32,000 bases of DNA from Methanobacteriota archaeon (GCA_027064425.1 JAMOPO010000052.1:147010-179009), one strand, 5' to 3'; shown: positions 16,410 to 24,244, numbered from the stretch's first letter. Translations and numbers: made by a program. The notes: generated by a model from the sequence alone, not told the origin.

Positions 16410-17317
16410 AGGTCGATGCCCAGGGCCTCGCAGATCTCCTTGTACCGGTTGCGGATGGTGACCTCGGTTACCTTGGCGACCTCGGCGATCTCCCGCTGCG
16501 TCCGGCGTTCGCCCTCGAGGATGCAGGCGATGTAGAGGGCCGCGGCGGCGATGCCGGCGGGACCCTTGCCCACGGTGATGCCCTTCTCCTTCGCCTTCTC
16601 GATGATCTCCTGCGCCTTCGCCTCGACGTCCTCCGAGACGTTCAGCTTGGACGCGAAGCGTGGCAGGTGGTCCGAGGGCTCGGTCGGGCGCTGGTTGAGT
16701 CCGAGCTTGCGCTGCAGGACCCGGTAGGCGCGGAGGATCTCGTTCTCGTCGGGCATGTTCAGCGCCTCGGCGATCTCGCGGGCCGTGCGTGGGTGCCTCG
16801 TCTCCTTGCACGCGGCGAAGACGGCCGCTCCGAGCACGCTCTCGATCCCGCGCCCGCGGACGATTCCCTTCTCGTACGCCTTCCGGTAGATCGCGGCGGC
16901 GCGCTCCTTCGCCGGCTCGGGGAGCTGCAGCTTGGAGGCCAGCACCTCGAGCTCTTGGAACGCCTGCTGGAAGTTACGCTCCCGGCTGCTGGAGGCCTTG
17001 ATCCGGTTGTCCCAGGTTCTCAGCCGCTGCATGTGCGGGTTCTTCCGTCCGGAGGAGTCGCGCAGCTCGCGGTCGATGATCGTGGACAGGCCCTTATCCG
17101 GCAGCCGGACCTTCGCGGGCTCCCCGGTCCGGGAGCGGCGCTGCCGCTGGTCGGAGTTGAAGTGGCGCCACTCCGGGCCGGGGTCGATCACGGGTTCCTC
17201 GTTCACGAGCCCGCACTTCTCGCAAACGTACTCACCGCGCTCCTCATCGAAGACGATCTCGCGGGACCCGCAGGCCGGGCAGACCATCTCCCCAGCATCC
17301 TTCTCAGAATTAGCCAT
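16400..17317 (-). CDS. tfb: Transcription initiation factor B (TFB/TFIIB)
   Basis: Start at MANSEKDAGEM. Zinc ribbon CPACGS...CEKCG, B-finger/linker PEWRHF, and two cyclin repeats (RGRGIESVLGAAVFAACK; GKGPAGIAAAALYIAC). The upstream 62 codons of the track ORF overlap gar1 in another frame. Confidence 0.93.
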   Translation of the reverse strand: MANSEKDAGEMVCPACGSREIVFDEERGEYVCEKCGLVNEEPVIDPGPEWRHFNSDQRQRRSRTGEPAKVRLPDKGLSTIIDRELRDSSGRKNPHMQRLRTWDNRIKASSSRERNFQQAFQELEVLASKLQLPEPAKERAAAIYRKAYEKGIVRGRGIESVLGAAVFAACKETRHPRTAREIAEALNMPDENEILRAYRVLQRKLGLNQRPTEPSDHLPRFASKLNVSEDVEAKAQEIIEKAKEKGITVGKGPAGIAAAALYIACILEGERRTQREIAEVAKVTEVTIRNRYKEICEALGIDLHP

Positions 17318-17333
17318 GCCTCGGCACACCCCA

Positions 17334-17612
17334 TTACCTCCGCCGGGGTCGCCTACGCCTTCTCCTCGGGGGCCTACGCCTGCGTCTGGGCGGGATGAAC
17401 AGCTCCTTGCCCACGAATCTCTCCAACCGCTCCTTCGACTTGTCCCGGATCGCCACGTAGGGCTTGTCCGCAGGCCCGAACACGTCGACGATGATGCCCA
17501 CACGCTCCCGGCGGCGGGTCACCACGGGCGCGCCCAGCGGCGGTACCTCCTCGGCTCGGGCGATCAGGTTCCCCCGAGGGGTTACGTGCAGGGCCTTCCC
17601 GAGCCTGCGCAT
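17334..17612 (-). CDS. gar1: H/ACA RNP protein Gar1 with Arg/Pro-rich C-terminal tail
   Basis: MRRLGKALHVTPRGNLIARAEEVPPLGAPVV....VGIIVDVFGPADKPYVAIR is the archaeal Gar1 beta-barrel pattern. It lies 16 nt upstream of tfb, a gar1-tfb adjacency I recall as common in archaea. The tail is PPRRRRRPPRRRRRRPRRR. Confidence 0.85.
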   Translation of the reverse strand: MRRLGKALHVTPRGNLIARAEEVPPLGAPVVTRRRERVGIIVDVFGPADKPYVAIRDKSKERLERFVGKELFIPPRRRRRPPRRRRRRPRRR

Positions 17613-17648
17613 GGTGACACCGCCTCCATGTTCGATGTTGAGGCTCCG

Positions 17649-17662
17649 GCTTTATCCTTTAC
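17649..17662 (-). promoter_or_regulatory. TATA-like box (minus strand GTAAAGGATAAAGC) upstream of gar1-tfb
   Basis: Overlaps the stop codon of the ferredoxin/Zn-ribbon gene, about 43 nt upstream of the gar1 ATG. An SD-like GGAGGCGGTG follows about 5 nt before the ATG. Confidence 0.4.
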
Positions 17663-18176
17663 GCGTGAACCTCCGGCTAACGCGCTCCTGACGCGACCGC
17701 TTGTTGGCACACTCAGAGCACACGTCGACTTTCTTGTTGCTCTTAAACCTCTTACCACACAGTTTGCACCTGCACTCGTAGAGGCGCGCCCGCTTCCCCT
17801 CCCGCCTCGCCATCCGCTTGATCCGGCTCGTCCGCTCCACCTCCCGGGTCAGGTAGAACCAGGTATCACCGAACACGTCTCGGCCCCGCATGACCACCTT
17901 CCTCGCCACCTCCAGCCCGGACGGGTCCCCCCTCATGGCCCGGACCATCGCGCTTAAGAACTGCCTCTCCCGGTACCGGTAGATGTCGATGGCGTCGTTC
18001 GGGCAGACGCGGACGCACTCGTCGCACGCGTCGCAGGCCTCCAGGTTTACGATCACGACCTCGTCGCCCTTCACATCCAGCACGCCGCGGTCGCACACCT
18101 CCACGCAGAGCGCGCAGGAGGGACCCTCGCAGCGCTCCCGATCGATCTCGATCCTTCGGACCGCCAACTCCTCCAC
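17652..18176 (-). CDS. 2x[4Fe-4S] ferredoxin-domain protein fused to a basic C-terminal zinc ribbon
   Basis: Cys clusters CEGPSCALCVEVC and CDACDECVRVCP in the N-terminal 60 aa. C-terminal YECRCKLCGKRF....VCSECANKR is flanked by K/R-rich sequence. Confidence 0.65.
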   Translation of the reverse strand: MEELAVRRIEIDRERCEGPSCALCVEVCDRGVLDVKGDEVVIVNLEACDACDECVRVCPNDAIDIYRYRERQFLSAMVRAMRGDPSGLEVARKVVMRGRDVFGDTWFYLTREVERTSRIKRMARREGKRARLYECRCKLCGKRFKSNKKVDVCSECANKRSRQERVSRRFTRKG

Positions 18177-18184
18177 CCCAGGGG

Positions 18185-18589
18185 ATGAAACGCTTGAACG
18201 TGCATGTTAGGGAGCGGGAAGGAGACGTCGTGCTGGAGTTCTGCGGGGAGGACGGGTGCATCCAGGTGTCGGCCCGGGCCTTCTACACCGCGGTGATAAT
18301 GAGCGGCGAGGACACCGTGGAGAAGACCAAGGAGCTCCTCACCAAGCCCTTCGAGCTGCTCGGGGAGGATCCCCCCGAGGTGCGCGTCCGCAGGTCGGAG
18401 GATCCGGAGGGTACCCTGCTGAACCCTTGGGTGACCTCGTCGCACGAGGAGGTCGAGTTCTTTACGTTCGAGCTGGAACGGGGAGGCGAGACTTTAAAAC
18501 TCTCCTTGGCAGTCCCGCGCGGCTCTCGGGGCGGCACCTCAAAAATCAAGGAGGTCATTAACCTATTGAAGTCTCGACTCCCGTGGTGA
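18185..18589 (+). CDS. Hypothetical protein (134 aa), first gene of the FtsZ-like cassette
   Basis: Acidic, coding-like composition. ATG start 8 nt from the divergent ferredoxin-like gene start. No family recognised. Confidence 0.5.
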   Translation: MKRLNVHVREREGDVVLEFCGEDGCIQVSARAFYTAVIMSGEDTVEKTKELLTKPFELLGEDPPEVRVRRSEDPEGTLLNPWVTSSHEEVEFFTFELERGGETLKLSLAVPRGSRGGTSKIKEVINLLKSRLPW

Positions 18590-18607
18590 GCCGGAGGTGA
18601 GCTCGTC

Positions 18608-19537
18608 TTGTACCCGCGGGGTAGAAAGGCCACCCTGGCCGCGATCCTGCGCACGATCCTGAAGGATCAGCCCTCAACGCAGAAAGAGATAGCCGAGAAG
18701 GTGGGCGTCTCGCGGCGGTACGTGACGGAGCTGCTTCAGCCGCTGATGGAGAAGGGGGCCGTTTTCCGGACGTACGCCGTCGACATGACCAAGCTCCGCC
18801 GGCACTTCCCCGAGCTGTTCGAGGAGCTCGGTCGACACATCTACGAGGACATCGAGTCGCACCTGGAGAGCGTCCGCCCCTACTTCGAGCGGATGATCGA
18901 CCTGACGGAGTCACAGGTGGAGAGCGCGATCCTGGCCATCGAGGAGGACCCGAGCCTCGCCCAGAAGATCGTGAAGATGGACGAGGAGGTCAACCGGCTG
19001 GACGAGGAGATCCGGCTGTACGTTCGAGCGCTTCCAACGTTCCACCCGTGCGAGGAGGCGGGGAAAGTCTCGACGCTCCTCCTCGAGATCTCGCACTGCA
19101 TCGAGCGGATCGGAGACTACGCGTGCAACATCGCGGAGGTGGCGGACAGGATCGGAACGCTCTCCGACCTGGGGTGCTGGGAGGAGCTCAAGGAGGCCGC
19201 GGAGCGGGCCCGGTCGATGGTCTCGACCTCGTACGACGCGTTCCTATCCCTGTCCAAGCGTCGGGTCAAGAAGGCCGCGGAGGACGTGTACCGGCAGGAG
19301 GAGCGCGTCCACGATAGCATAATAAAGGCCTGCGACGATGCGATCAAGGAAACGGAGGAGTTTCCGTCCCGCGCCCGGTACCTCTTCGCCGTGTCACGCG
19401 TGACGAAGGACGTCGAGCGCATCGCGGACAAGGCCGTCGATATCGTCGACTACACGCGAGAGCTGGTCGAGGGTCGACCGCGCGACCTGACCCCGGAGCA
19501 GGAGGTGAGGGGAACCATCCCGGCCGACACCGCGTAA
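18608..19537 (+). CDS. Winged-HTH / PhoU-domain fusion protein
   Basis: TTG start 7 nt after GGAGGTGA. N-terminal wHTH (PSTQKEIAEKVGVSRRYVTELLQPLMEKGAV). Two PhoU repeats, each with the signature E(R)IGD/IAD: MDEEVNRLDEEI...IERIGDYACNIAE and EERVHDSIIKACD...VERIADKAVDIVD. Confidence 0.7.
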   Translation: MYPRGRKATLAAILRTILKDQPSTQKEIAEKVGVSRRYVTELLQPLMEKGAVFRTYAVDMTKLRRHFPELFEELGRHIYEDIESHLESVRPYFERMIDLTESQVESAILAIEEDPSLAQKIVKMDEEVNRLDEEIRLYVRALPTFHPCEEAGKVSTLLLEISHCIERIGDYACNIAEVADRIGTLSDLGCWEELKEAAERARSMVSTSYDAFLSLSKRRVKKAAEDVYRQEERVHDSIIKACDDAIKETEEFPSRARYLFAVSRVTKDVERIADKAVDIVDYTRELVEGRPRDLTPEQEVRGTIPADTA

Positions 19538-19553
19538 GGGGGGTGCCGGGACG

Positions 19554-20279
19554 GTGCACTACGTCGGGCTGGGCGGCTTCGGATGCCGGTTCTCCTCCCA
19601 CGCTTCCAACGCCGGCTTCCGAGTGCTCGCCTGCGTCGGCTCCAAGGGTGACCTCCTGCGGGTCTCGGAGGGCAAGACCGTCGAGGTAGCACCGGACATC
19701 GGCTACAACCGCGACTGGCGTCGAGCCTCCGAGGAGCTCGCGGATCACGAGAAGGCCATGAACACGATCCGCAAGTGCCTCGAGCAGCACCTGGACGGCC
19801 CCACGCTCATGGCGTTCGGACTGGGCGGAGCAGTGGGGTTCGCGCTCGCCCGACCCTTCCTCGAGGACCCTCCCGTCCCCTTCGTCCTCCTCGTCACGAT
19901 CCCGGGCGAGTCCGAGGATCCCCAGGTCCGACGCAACGCGCGCGAGCAGGTGGACGTGGTGCTGAAGGTCTCCTCCAAGCTCCCGATCCTCTGGGTGGAC
20001 AACGATATTGGTGGAGGCTACGACCGGGTCAACCGGATGCTCGAGAAGACGCTCTCCGAGTTCCGGGAGTTCCTGAACGTCCCGGTCGAGGAGCTCCCGA
20101 ACATGGCCGGGAACTACGCGGTCTCCCCCTCCCTACCCGGCGAGCGCGTGACCGAGGAGATCGTCAAGACGAACCCCAGCGAGATCCGTCGGCTCGTGAG
20201 CGATCGGGAGCCCGAGGAGCGCGTGATCAAGGAGGAGCGGAAGGGGCCGGACCCGGACTCACTGAGGGAGCTGTTCTAG
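19554..20279 (+). CDS. FtsZ/tubulin-fold-like protein, GTPase domain only, degenerate nucleotide-binding motifs
   Basis: GTG start 16 nt after the PhoU-like stop, with a G-rich SD. Loop order and spacing follow the FtsZ N-domain: GLGGFG (T1 position), IGYNRDW (T3 position), GLGGAVGFA (T4 signature position), IPGESED (T5 position), RRNAREQVDVVL, and ILWVDND (T6 position). No C-terminal domain or T7 loop. Confidence 0.55.
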   Translation: MHYVGLGGFGCRFSSHASNAGFRVLACVGSKGDLLRVSEGKTVEVAPDIGYNRDWRRASEELADHEKAMNTIRKCLEQHLDGPTLMAFGLGGAVGFALARPFLEDPPVPFVLLVTIPGESEDPQVRRNAREQVDVVLKVSSKLPILWVDNDIGGGYDRVNRMLEKTLSEFREFLNVPVEELPNMAGNYAVSPSLPGERVTEEIVKTNPSEIRRLVSDREPEERVIKEERKGPDPDSLRELF

Positions 20280-20292
20280 GGGGCGGCCTCCG

Positions 20293-20520
20293 ATGACTCG
20301 GAAGGCCAGGGTCACGCTCACGCTCTCAGAGGACGCCCTGGCCCGGGTCCTGGCGGCCAAGGACGCGCTGGAGGGGGAGAGCATCTCCTCCACGGTCGGC
20401 AAGCTGGTGAAGTTCGGGTTCGCCTACCTACGAGAGAAGTTCCCCGAGCTCTTCGAAGGCATCGACCTGGAGGAGTACCGCCACAAGGCCCGAGAGCGCT
20501 GGTTCAGCGAGCGGTCATAA
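20293..20520 (+). CDS. Ribbon-helix-helix (CopG/MetJ-like) small DNA-binding protein
   Basis: 75 aa. The N-terminal strand-helix pattern KARVTLTLSEDALARVLAAKD is typical of RHH. Lies 13 nt after the FtsZ-like gene. Confidence 0.5.
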   Translation: MTRKARVTLTLSEDALARVLAAKDALEGESISSTVGKLVKFGFAYLREKFPELFEGIDLEEYRHKARERWFSERS

Positions 20521-20529
20521 CTTTTAACT
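20518..20529 (+). promoter_or_regulatory. TATA-like box (ATAACTTTTAAC) upstream of argJ
   Basis: AT-rich element overlapping the RHH gene stop, about 30-35 nt upstream of the argJ ATG 20558. It suggests argJ starts a new transcription unit. Confidence 0.4.
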
Positions 20530-20557
20530 CCCCGCCTCCCCACGCCCGGGGCGCCGC

Positions 20558-21721
20558 ATGGAGGTTCCCTCGGGCTTCCTGCTTGGCGGCGTGAAGCGGG
20601 ACGTAGGCGTGGGCCTGCTGTTCTCCGAGACCAGGTGCTCGGTCGCGGGCGTATTCACGCGGAACACCCTCCGCGCCGCTCCCGTCGAATACTCCGAGGA
20701 GGTGTGCTCCCGCGGGCGCGCCCGTGGAGTGATCGTCAACAGTGGCCACGCGAACGCTCTCACCGGCGAGGAGGGGATGCAGGACGTCCTCCGGATGGCC
20801 GACGGCGCCTCACGGCTGTTCGGGGTGCCCGACGACGAGGTTCTAGTGTGCTCGACCGGAGTCATCGGCGAGCGGCCGCCCGTGGACAGGATCCTGAAGC
20901 TGGCCGAGGAGGTCTGGGAGTCCCGGATGGGGTCCGATCCGGAGCACGTCCGCGCCTTCAACGAGGCCATCATGACGACGGACACTCGGGAGAAGGTCTC
21001 GTCGTACTCCGGCGGCGACTGGTGCCTCCTCGGGGTGGCGAAGGGCGCCGGCATGATCCACCCGCGGATGTCGACCATGCTGGCCTTCCTGATCACGGAC
21101 GTCCGGGCCGCGTCCCACGATCTCCAGCCCGTGCTGCGAGACGCCGTCGAGGACACGTTCAACATGATCAGCGTGGACGCCGACGAGAGCACCAACGACA
21201 CCGTCCTCCTGATGGCCAACGGGGCGTCCGGGCTCGAGGTGGGCAGGGACGTGCCGGAGTCTGAGTTCGAGAAGGCCGTGAGGAAGGTGTGCGAGGACTT
21301 GGCCCGGGAGATCGCTCGGGACGGTGAGGGATCGACCAAGCTCCTGGAGGTGGAGGTGCGCGGGGCTCGGTCCCGGAAGGAGGCCAGAAGGGCTGCCAGG
21401 GCGGTGGTCTCCTCCAACCTGGTGAAGGCCGCCCTCTTCGGCGAGGACCCGAACTGGGGGAGGGTGGGCGCGGCGATCGGCGCCGCGCGGGTCGATGTCG
21501 ACCCGAGCTCCCTCAAGATCATCTTCGAAAGCTCGGAGGGAAGGGTGGTAACCTACGACGGCGGTCCCGTCAAGTTCGATGAGGAGGAGGCGGCGCGGAT
21601 TTTATCCGACCGAGAGGTCCGGATCGTGGTGGACCTGGGAGTGGGTGACGAGTCCGCCCGCGCCTGGGGGTGCGACCTGACCTACGATTACGTCAAGATA
21701 AATGCCGAGTACCGCACGTGA
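20558..21721 (+). CDS. argJ: Bifunctional ornithine acetyltransferase / N-acetylglutamate synthase ArgJ
   Basis: [24 protein letters not shown], and [23 protein letters not shown] (the autoprocessing site region). C-terminal [16 protein letters not shown]. Confidence 0.92.
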   Translation: MEVPSGFLLGGVKRDVGVGLLFSETRCSVAGVFTRNTLRAAPVEYSEEVCSRGRARGVIVNSGHANALTGEEGMQDVLRMADGASRLFGVPDDEVLVCSTGVIGERPPVDRILKLAEEVWESRMGSDPEHVRAFNEAIMTTDTREKVSSYSGGDWCLLGVAKGAGMIHPRMSTMLAFLITDVRAASHDLQPVLRDAVEDTFNMISVDADESTNDTVLLMANGASGLEVGRDVPESEFEKAVRKVCEDLAREIARDGEGSTKLLEVEVRGARSRKEARRAARAVVSSNLVKAALFGEDPNWGRVGAAIGAARVDVDPSSLKIIFESSEGRVVTYDGGPVKFDEEEAARILSDREVRIVVDLGVGDESARAWGCDLTYDYVKINAEYRT

Positions 21722-22983
21722 AGATCGGGCGCGCACAGGGGAAGCCCGCCGTGCCGGAGGAGATCATCGAGCTCAAGGGTCACATCATCGACTCCCTGAT
21801 CCTGTCCAAGGTGCTAGACACGATCATGGAGATGGGCGGGGACTTCGAGATCCTAGAGTTCGAGGTCGGAAAGCGCAAGACGGACCCCAGCTACGCCAAG
21901 ATCCTTGTGAAGGCGGACGACCCCGACCACCTCAGCGAGATCATCACGGAGCTGAGAAAGTACGGCGCGGTGCCCGTCGAGTCGGACGAGGTCCGGGTGG
22001 AACCGGCCCCCGCCGACGGTGTCTGCCCGCGCGGCTTCTACACCACCACCAACCACCCGACCTTCGTGAAGTTCGACGGCGAGTGGATTGAGGTGGAAAA
22101 CATCGAGATGGACTGCGCGATCGTGATCTACCCGGAGGAGAAGCGGGCCGTGGCCAAGCCCATCCGGGAGGTAAAGAAGGGCGAGCTGGTGGTGGTCGGG
22201 GACCGCGGGGTCAAGGTCAAGCCGCCGGAGCGACCGCGCGGTAGGACCGGCATCTTCGGGTTCATGGAGAGCGACGTGTCGCCCGAGAAGCCCACGCCCA
22301 CCCTGATCCGTCAGATCGCCGAGGAGCTCGAGGAGCACCGGAAGAACGGCAAAATCGTCGTGGTGGTGGGGCCGGCCGTCATCCACGCCGGGGCCCGGGA
22401 CCACCTCGCGTGGATGATCCGGAACGGATACGTGGACGTTCTCTTCGCGGGCAACGCGGTGGCCGTGCACGACGTGGAGGCGAGCCTGTTCGGGACCTCG
22501 CTGGGCGTGGACCTGGAGACGGGGGAGCCCGTGAAGGGCGGGCACAGCCACCACCTGTACGCGATCAACGAGATCCGCCGCGTGGGCGGCCTCAAGCAGG
22601 CGGTGGAGAAGGGGATTCTGAAGGACGGGATCATGTACGAGTGCATCGTGAACGACGTGCCCTACGTCCTGGCGGGCTCGATCCGGGACGACGGACCCAT
22701 CCCGGACGTGATCACCGACGTCATGGAGGCGCAGAAGGAGATGCGGCGCCACCTGCGCGGAGCCACGCTGGTCCTCATGCTCGCCACGATGCTGCACTCG
22801 ATCGCCACCGGGAACCTGCTGCCGTCCTGGGTGAAGACCATCTGCGTGGACATCAACCCGGCCGTGGTCACGAAGCTCATGGATCGAGGCACGGCGCAGG
22901 CGCTGGGGATAGTGTCGGACGTGGGGGTGTTCCTGCCGGAGCTGGTGAAGGAGCTCAAGAAGATTCGGAACGACGGCGAGTAG
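21718..22983 (+). CDS. LOR/SDH-domain protein (TIGR00300-like), possible ornithine cyclodeaminase-type enzyme
   Basis: GTG 21718 overlaps the argJ stop (GTGA). The N-terminal regulatory-like domain [46 protein letters not shown] matches the LOR/SDH conserved region as I recall it. The C-terminal part is Rossmann-like ([15 protein letters not shown]). Confidence 0.6.
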   Translation: MKIGRAQGKPAVPEEIIELKGHIIDSLILSKVLDTIMEMGGDFEILEFEVGKRKTDPSYAKILVKADDPDHLSEIITELRKYGAVPVESDEVRVEPAPADGVCPRGFYTTTNHPTFVKFDGEWIEVENIEMDCAIVIYPEEKRAVAKPIREVKKGELVVVGDRGVKVKPPERPRGRTGIFGFMESDVSPEKPTPTLIRQIAEELEEHRKNGKIVVVVGPAVIHAGARDHLAWMIRNGYVDVLFAGNAVAVHDVEASLFGTSLGVDLETGEPVKGGHSHHLYAINEIRRVGGLKQAVEKGILKDGIMYECIVNDVPYVLAGSIRDDGPIPDVITDVMEAQKEMRRHLRGATLVLMLATMLHSIATGNLLPSWVKTICVDINPAVVTKLMDRGTAQALGIVSDVGVFLPELVKELKKIRNDGE

Positions 22984-23242
22984 GTCGCCCCGGGCCGGAG
23001 AACTCCTCCACTCTCTTCTCGAGAAGCTCCTCCATCACTTTTTTAGCCTCTTTTAACGCCTCTTTGGTGCCCCTGAACGCCAGTACGGTGGTCTTCATAC
23101 CTCCCCGCTCCAGCTCCCGCTGGACGACTTTCACGTCGCACCTCCGCTCGACTTCGGCGATGATGTCAGCCGGCACGCCTAATGGGATGATCATGTCGTA
23201 CTTTTTGGCGTCCTTCTCCTCACCATCGCCGTTCTCGCTCAC
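22955..23242 (-). CDS. Hypothetical small protein (95 aa)
   Basis: Coding-like K/E-rich composition ([27 protein letters not shown]...[18 protein letters not shown]). Has a 29-nt convergent overlap with the upstream gene. No family recognised. Confidence 0.45.
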   Translation of the reverse strand: MSENGDGEEKDAKKYDMIIPLGVPADIIAEVERRCDVKVVQRELERGGMKTTVLAFRGTKEALKEAKKVMEELLEKRVEEFSGPGRPTRRRSESS

Positions 23243-23271
23243 GGCGAGATCCCCGACGGGGGTGTGAAAGG

Positions 23272-24240
23272 TTGGCGGAAAAAGGTAGCGGGCCCAAGAA
23301 GAAGGGCGGAAAGGAGGACCGCGAGCGCGAGCGGATCACGGTGAAGTCCAGGCACTACGAGATGCCATTCTCACGCGGGGTCTTGGCCCGATCACTCACG
23401 GCCATCGGCGTGGAACCGCACAAAGCCTACGAGATCGCCCTGAAGATCAAGCGCGAGCTGCAGAAGGAGGGAGTCCGCGAGATCACCACGGACGAGCTGG
23501 CCGAGATCATCCGGGAGAAGCTCGAGGAGATCGACGAGTCGCTGGCCGAGCGGTACGAGCTCTGGCGCCGGATCAAGAAGCGCGAGGAGCCGATCATCGT
23601 GCTGATCGGCGGTGCTTCCGGCGTCGGGACCTCCACGATCGCCGCCGAGGTCGGCCACCGACTCGGCATCACGAACGTGATCGGCACGGACGCCATCCGC
23701 GAGGTCATGCGCCGCGTGCTGGCCGAGGAGCTGTACCCGACCCTCTACGAGTCCTCGTACACCGCCTGGAAGCGGCTACGGTACAAGCCCGCCGAGGACC
23801 CCGTGATCACCGGGTTCCTGGACCACTCGGAGCCCGTCGTCGTGGGCATTGAAGGCGTTGTCAACCGCTCGATCAACGAGGGCATCCACGTGATCATCGA
23901 GGGCGTGCACATCGTCCCACGGCTCCTCAAGAAGGAGATCCTCAACTACCCGAACGTGTTCGCCTTCATGCTGGCCGTGGAGGACGAGGAGGCGCACAAG
24001 TGGCGATTCTACGCGAGGTCCCGTGACACCAAGCTGTCCCGCCCGGCCGAGCGGTACCTGAAGTACTTCGAGGAGATCCGGAAGATCCACGACTTCCTGG
24101 TCGAGGACGCGGAGGAGCACGACATCCCGGTGATCAACAACGAGCATATCGACGAGACGGTCGACCAGATCGTGAGCTACATATCATCCAAGCTGCTGAA
24201 GGGTGAGAAGGAGCTGTCGAAGAGCACATCCTGGTGGTGA
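23272..24240 (+). CDS. pgk2: 2-phosphoglycerate kinase (ATP-cone + P-loop kinase)
   Basis: ATP-cone-like N-terminus (PFSRGVLARSLTAIGVEPHKAYEIALKIKRELQ), P-loop IVLIGGASGVGTSTIA, and ITNVIGTDAIREVMR...LYESSYTAW. TTG start. Confidence 0.78.
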   Translation: MAEKGSGPKKKGGKEDRERERITVKSRHYEMPFSRGVLARSLTAIGVEPHKAYEIALKIKRELQKEGVREITTDELAEIIREKLEEIDESLAERYELWRRIKKREEPIIVLIGGASGVGTSTIAAEVGHRLGITNVIGTDAIREVMRRVLAEELYPTLYESSYTAWKRLRYKPAEDPVITGFLDHSEPVVVGIEGVVNRSINEGIHVIIEGVHIVPRLLKKEILNYPNVFAFMLAVEDEEAHKWRFYARSRDTKLSRPAERYLKYFEEIRKIHDFLVEDAEEHDIPVINNEHIDETVDQIVSYISSKLLKGEKELSKSTSWW

Positions 24241-24244
24241 GCCC

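Noticed and set aside
16367-17398. 343-aa plus-strand ORF
   Set aside because: It is antisense to tfb and gar1, with a G/L/R/D/A-rich composition and no motifs.
20524-21522. 332-aa minus-strand S/T/R-rich ORF, and plus-strand 20635..21264
   Set aside because: Both overlap argJ, which has clear family motifs. No motifs of their own and a low-complexity composition.
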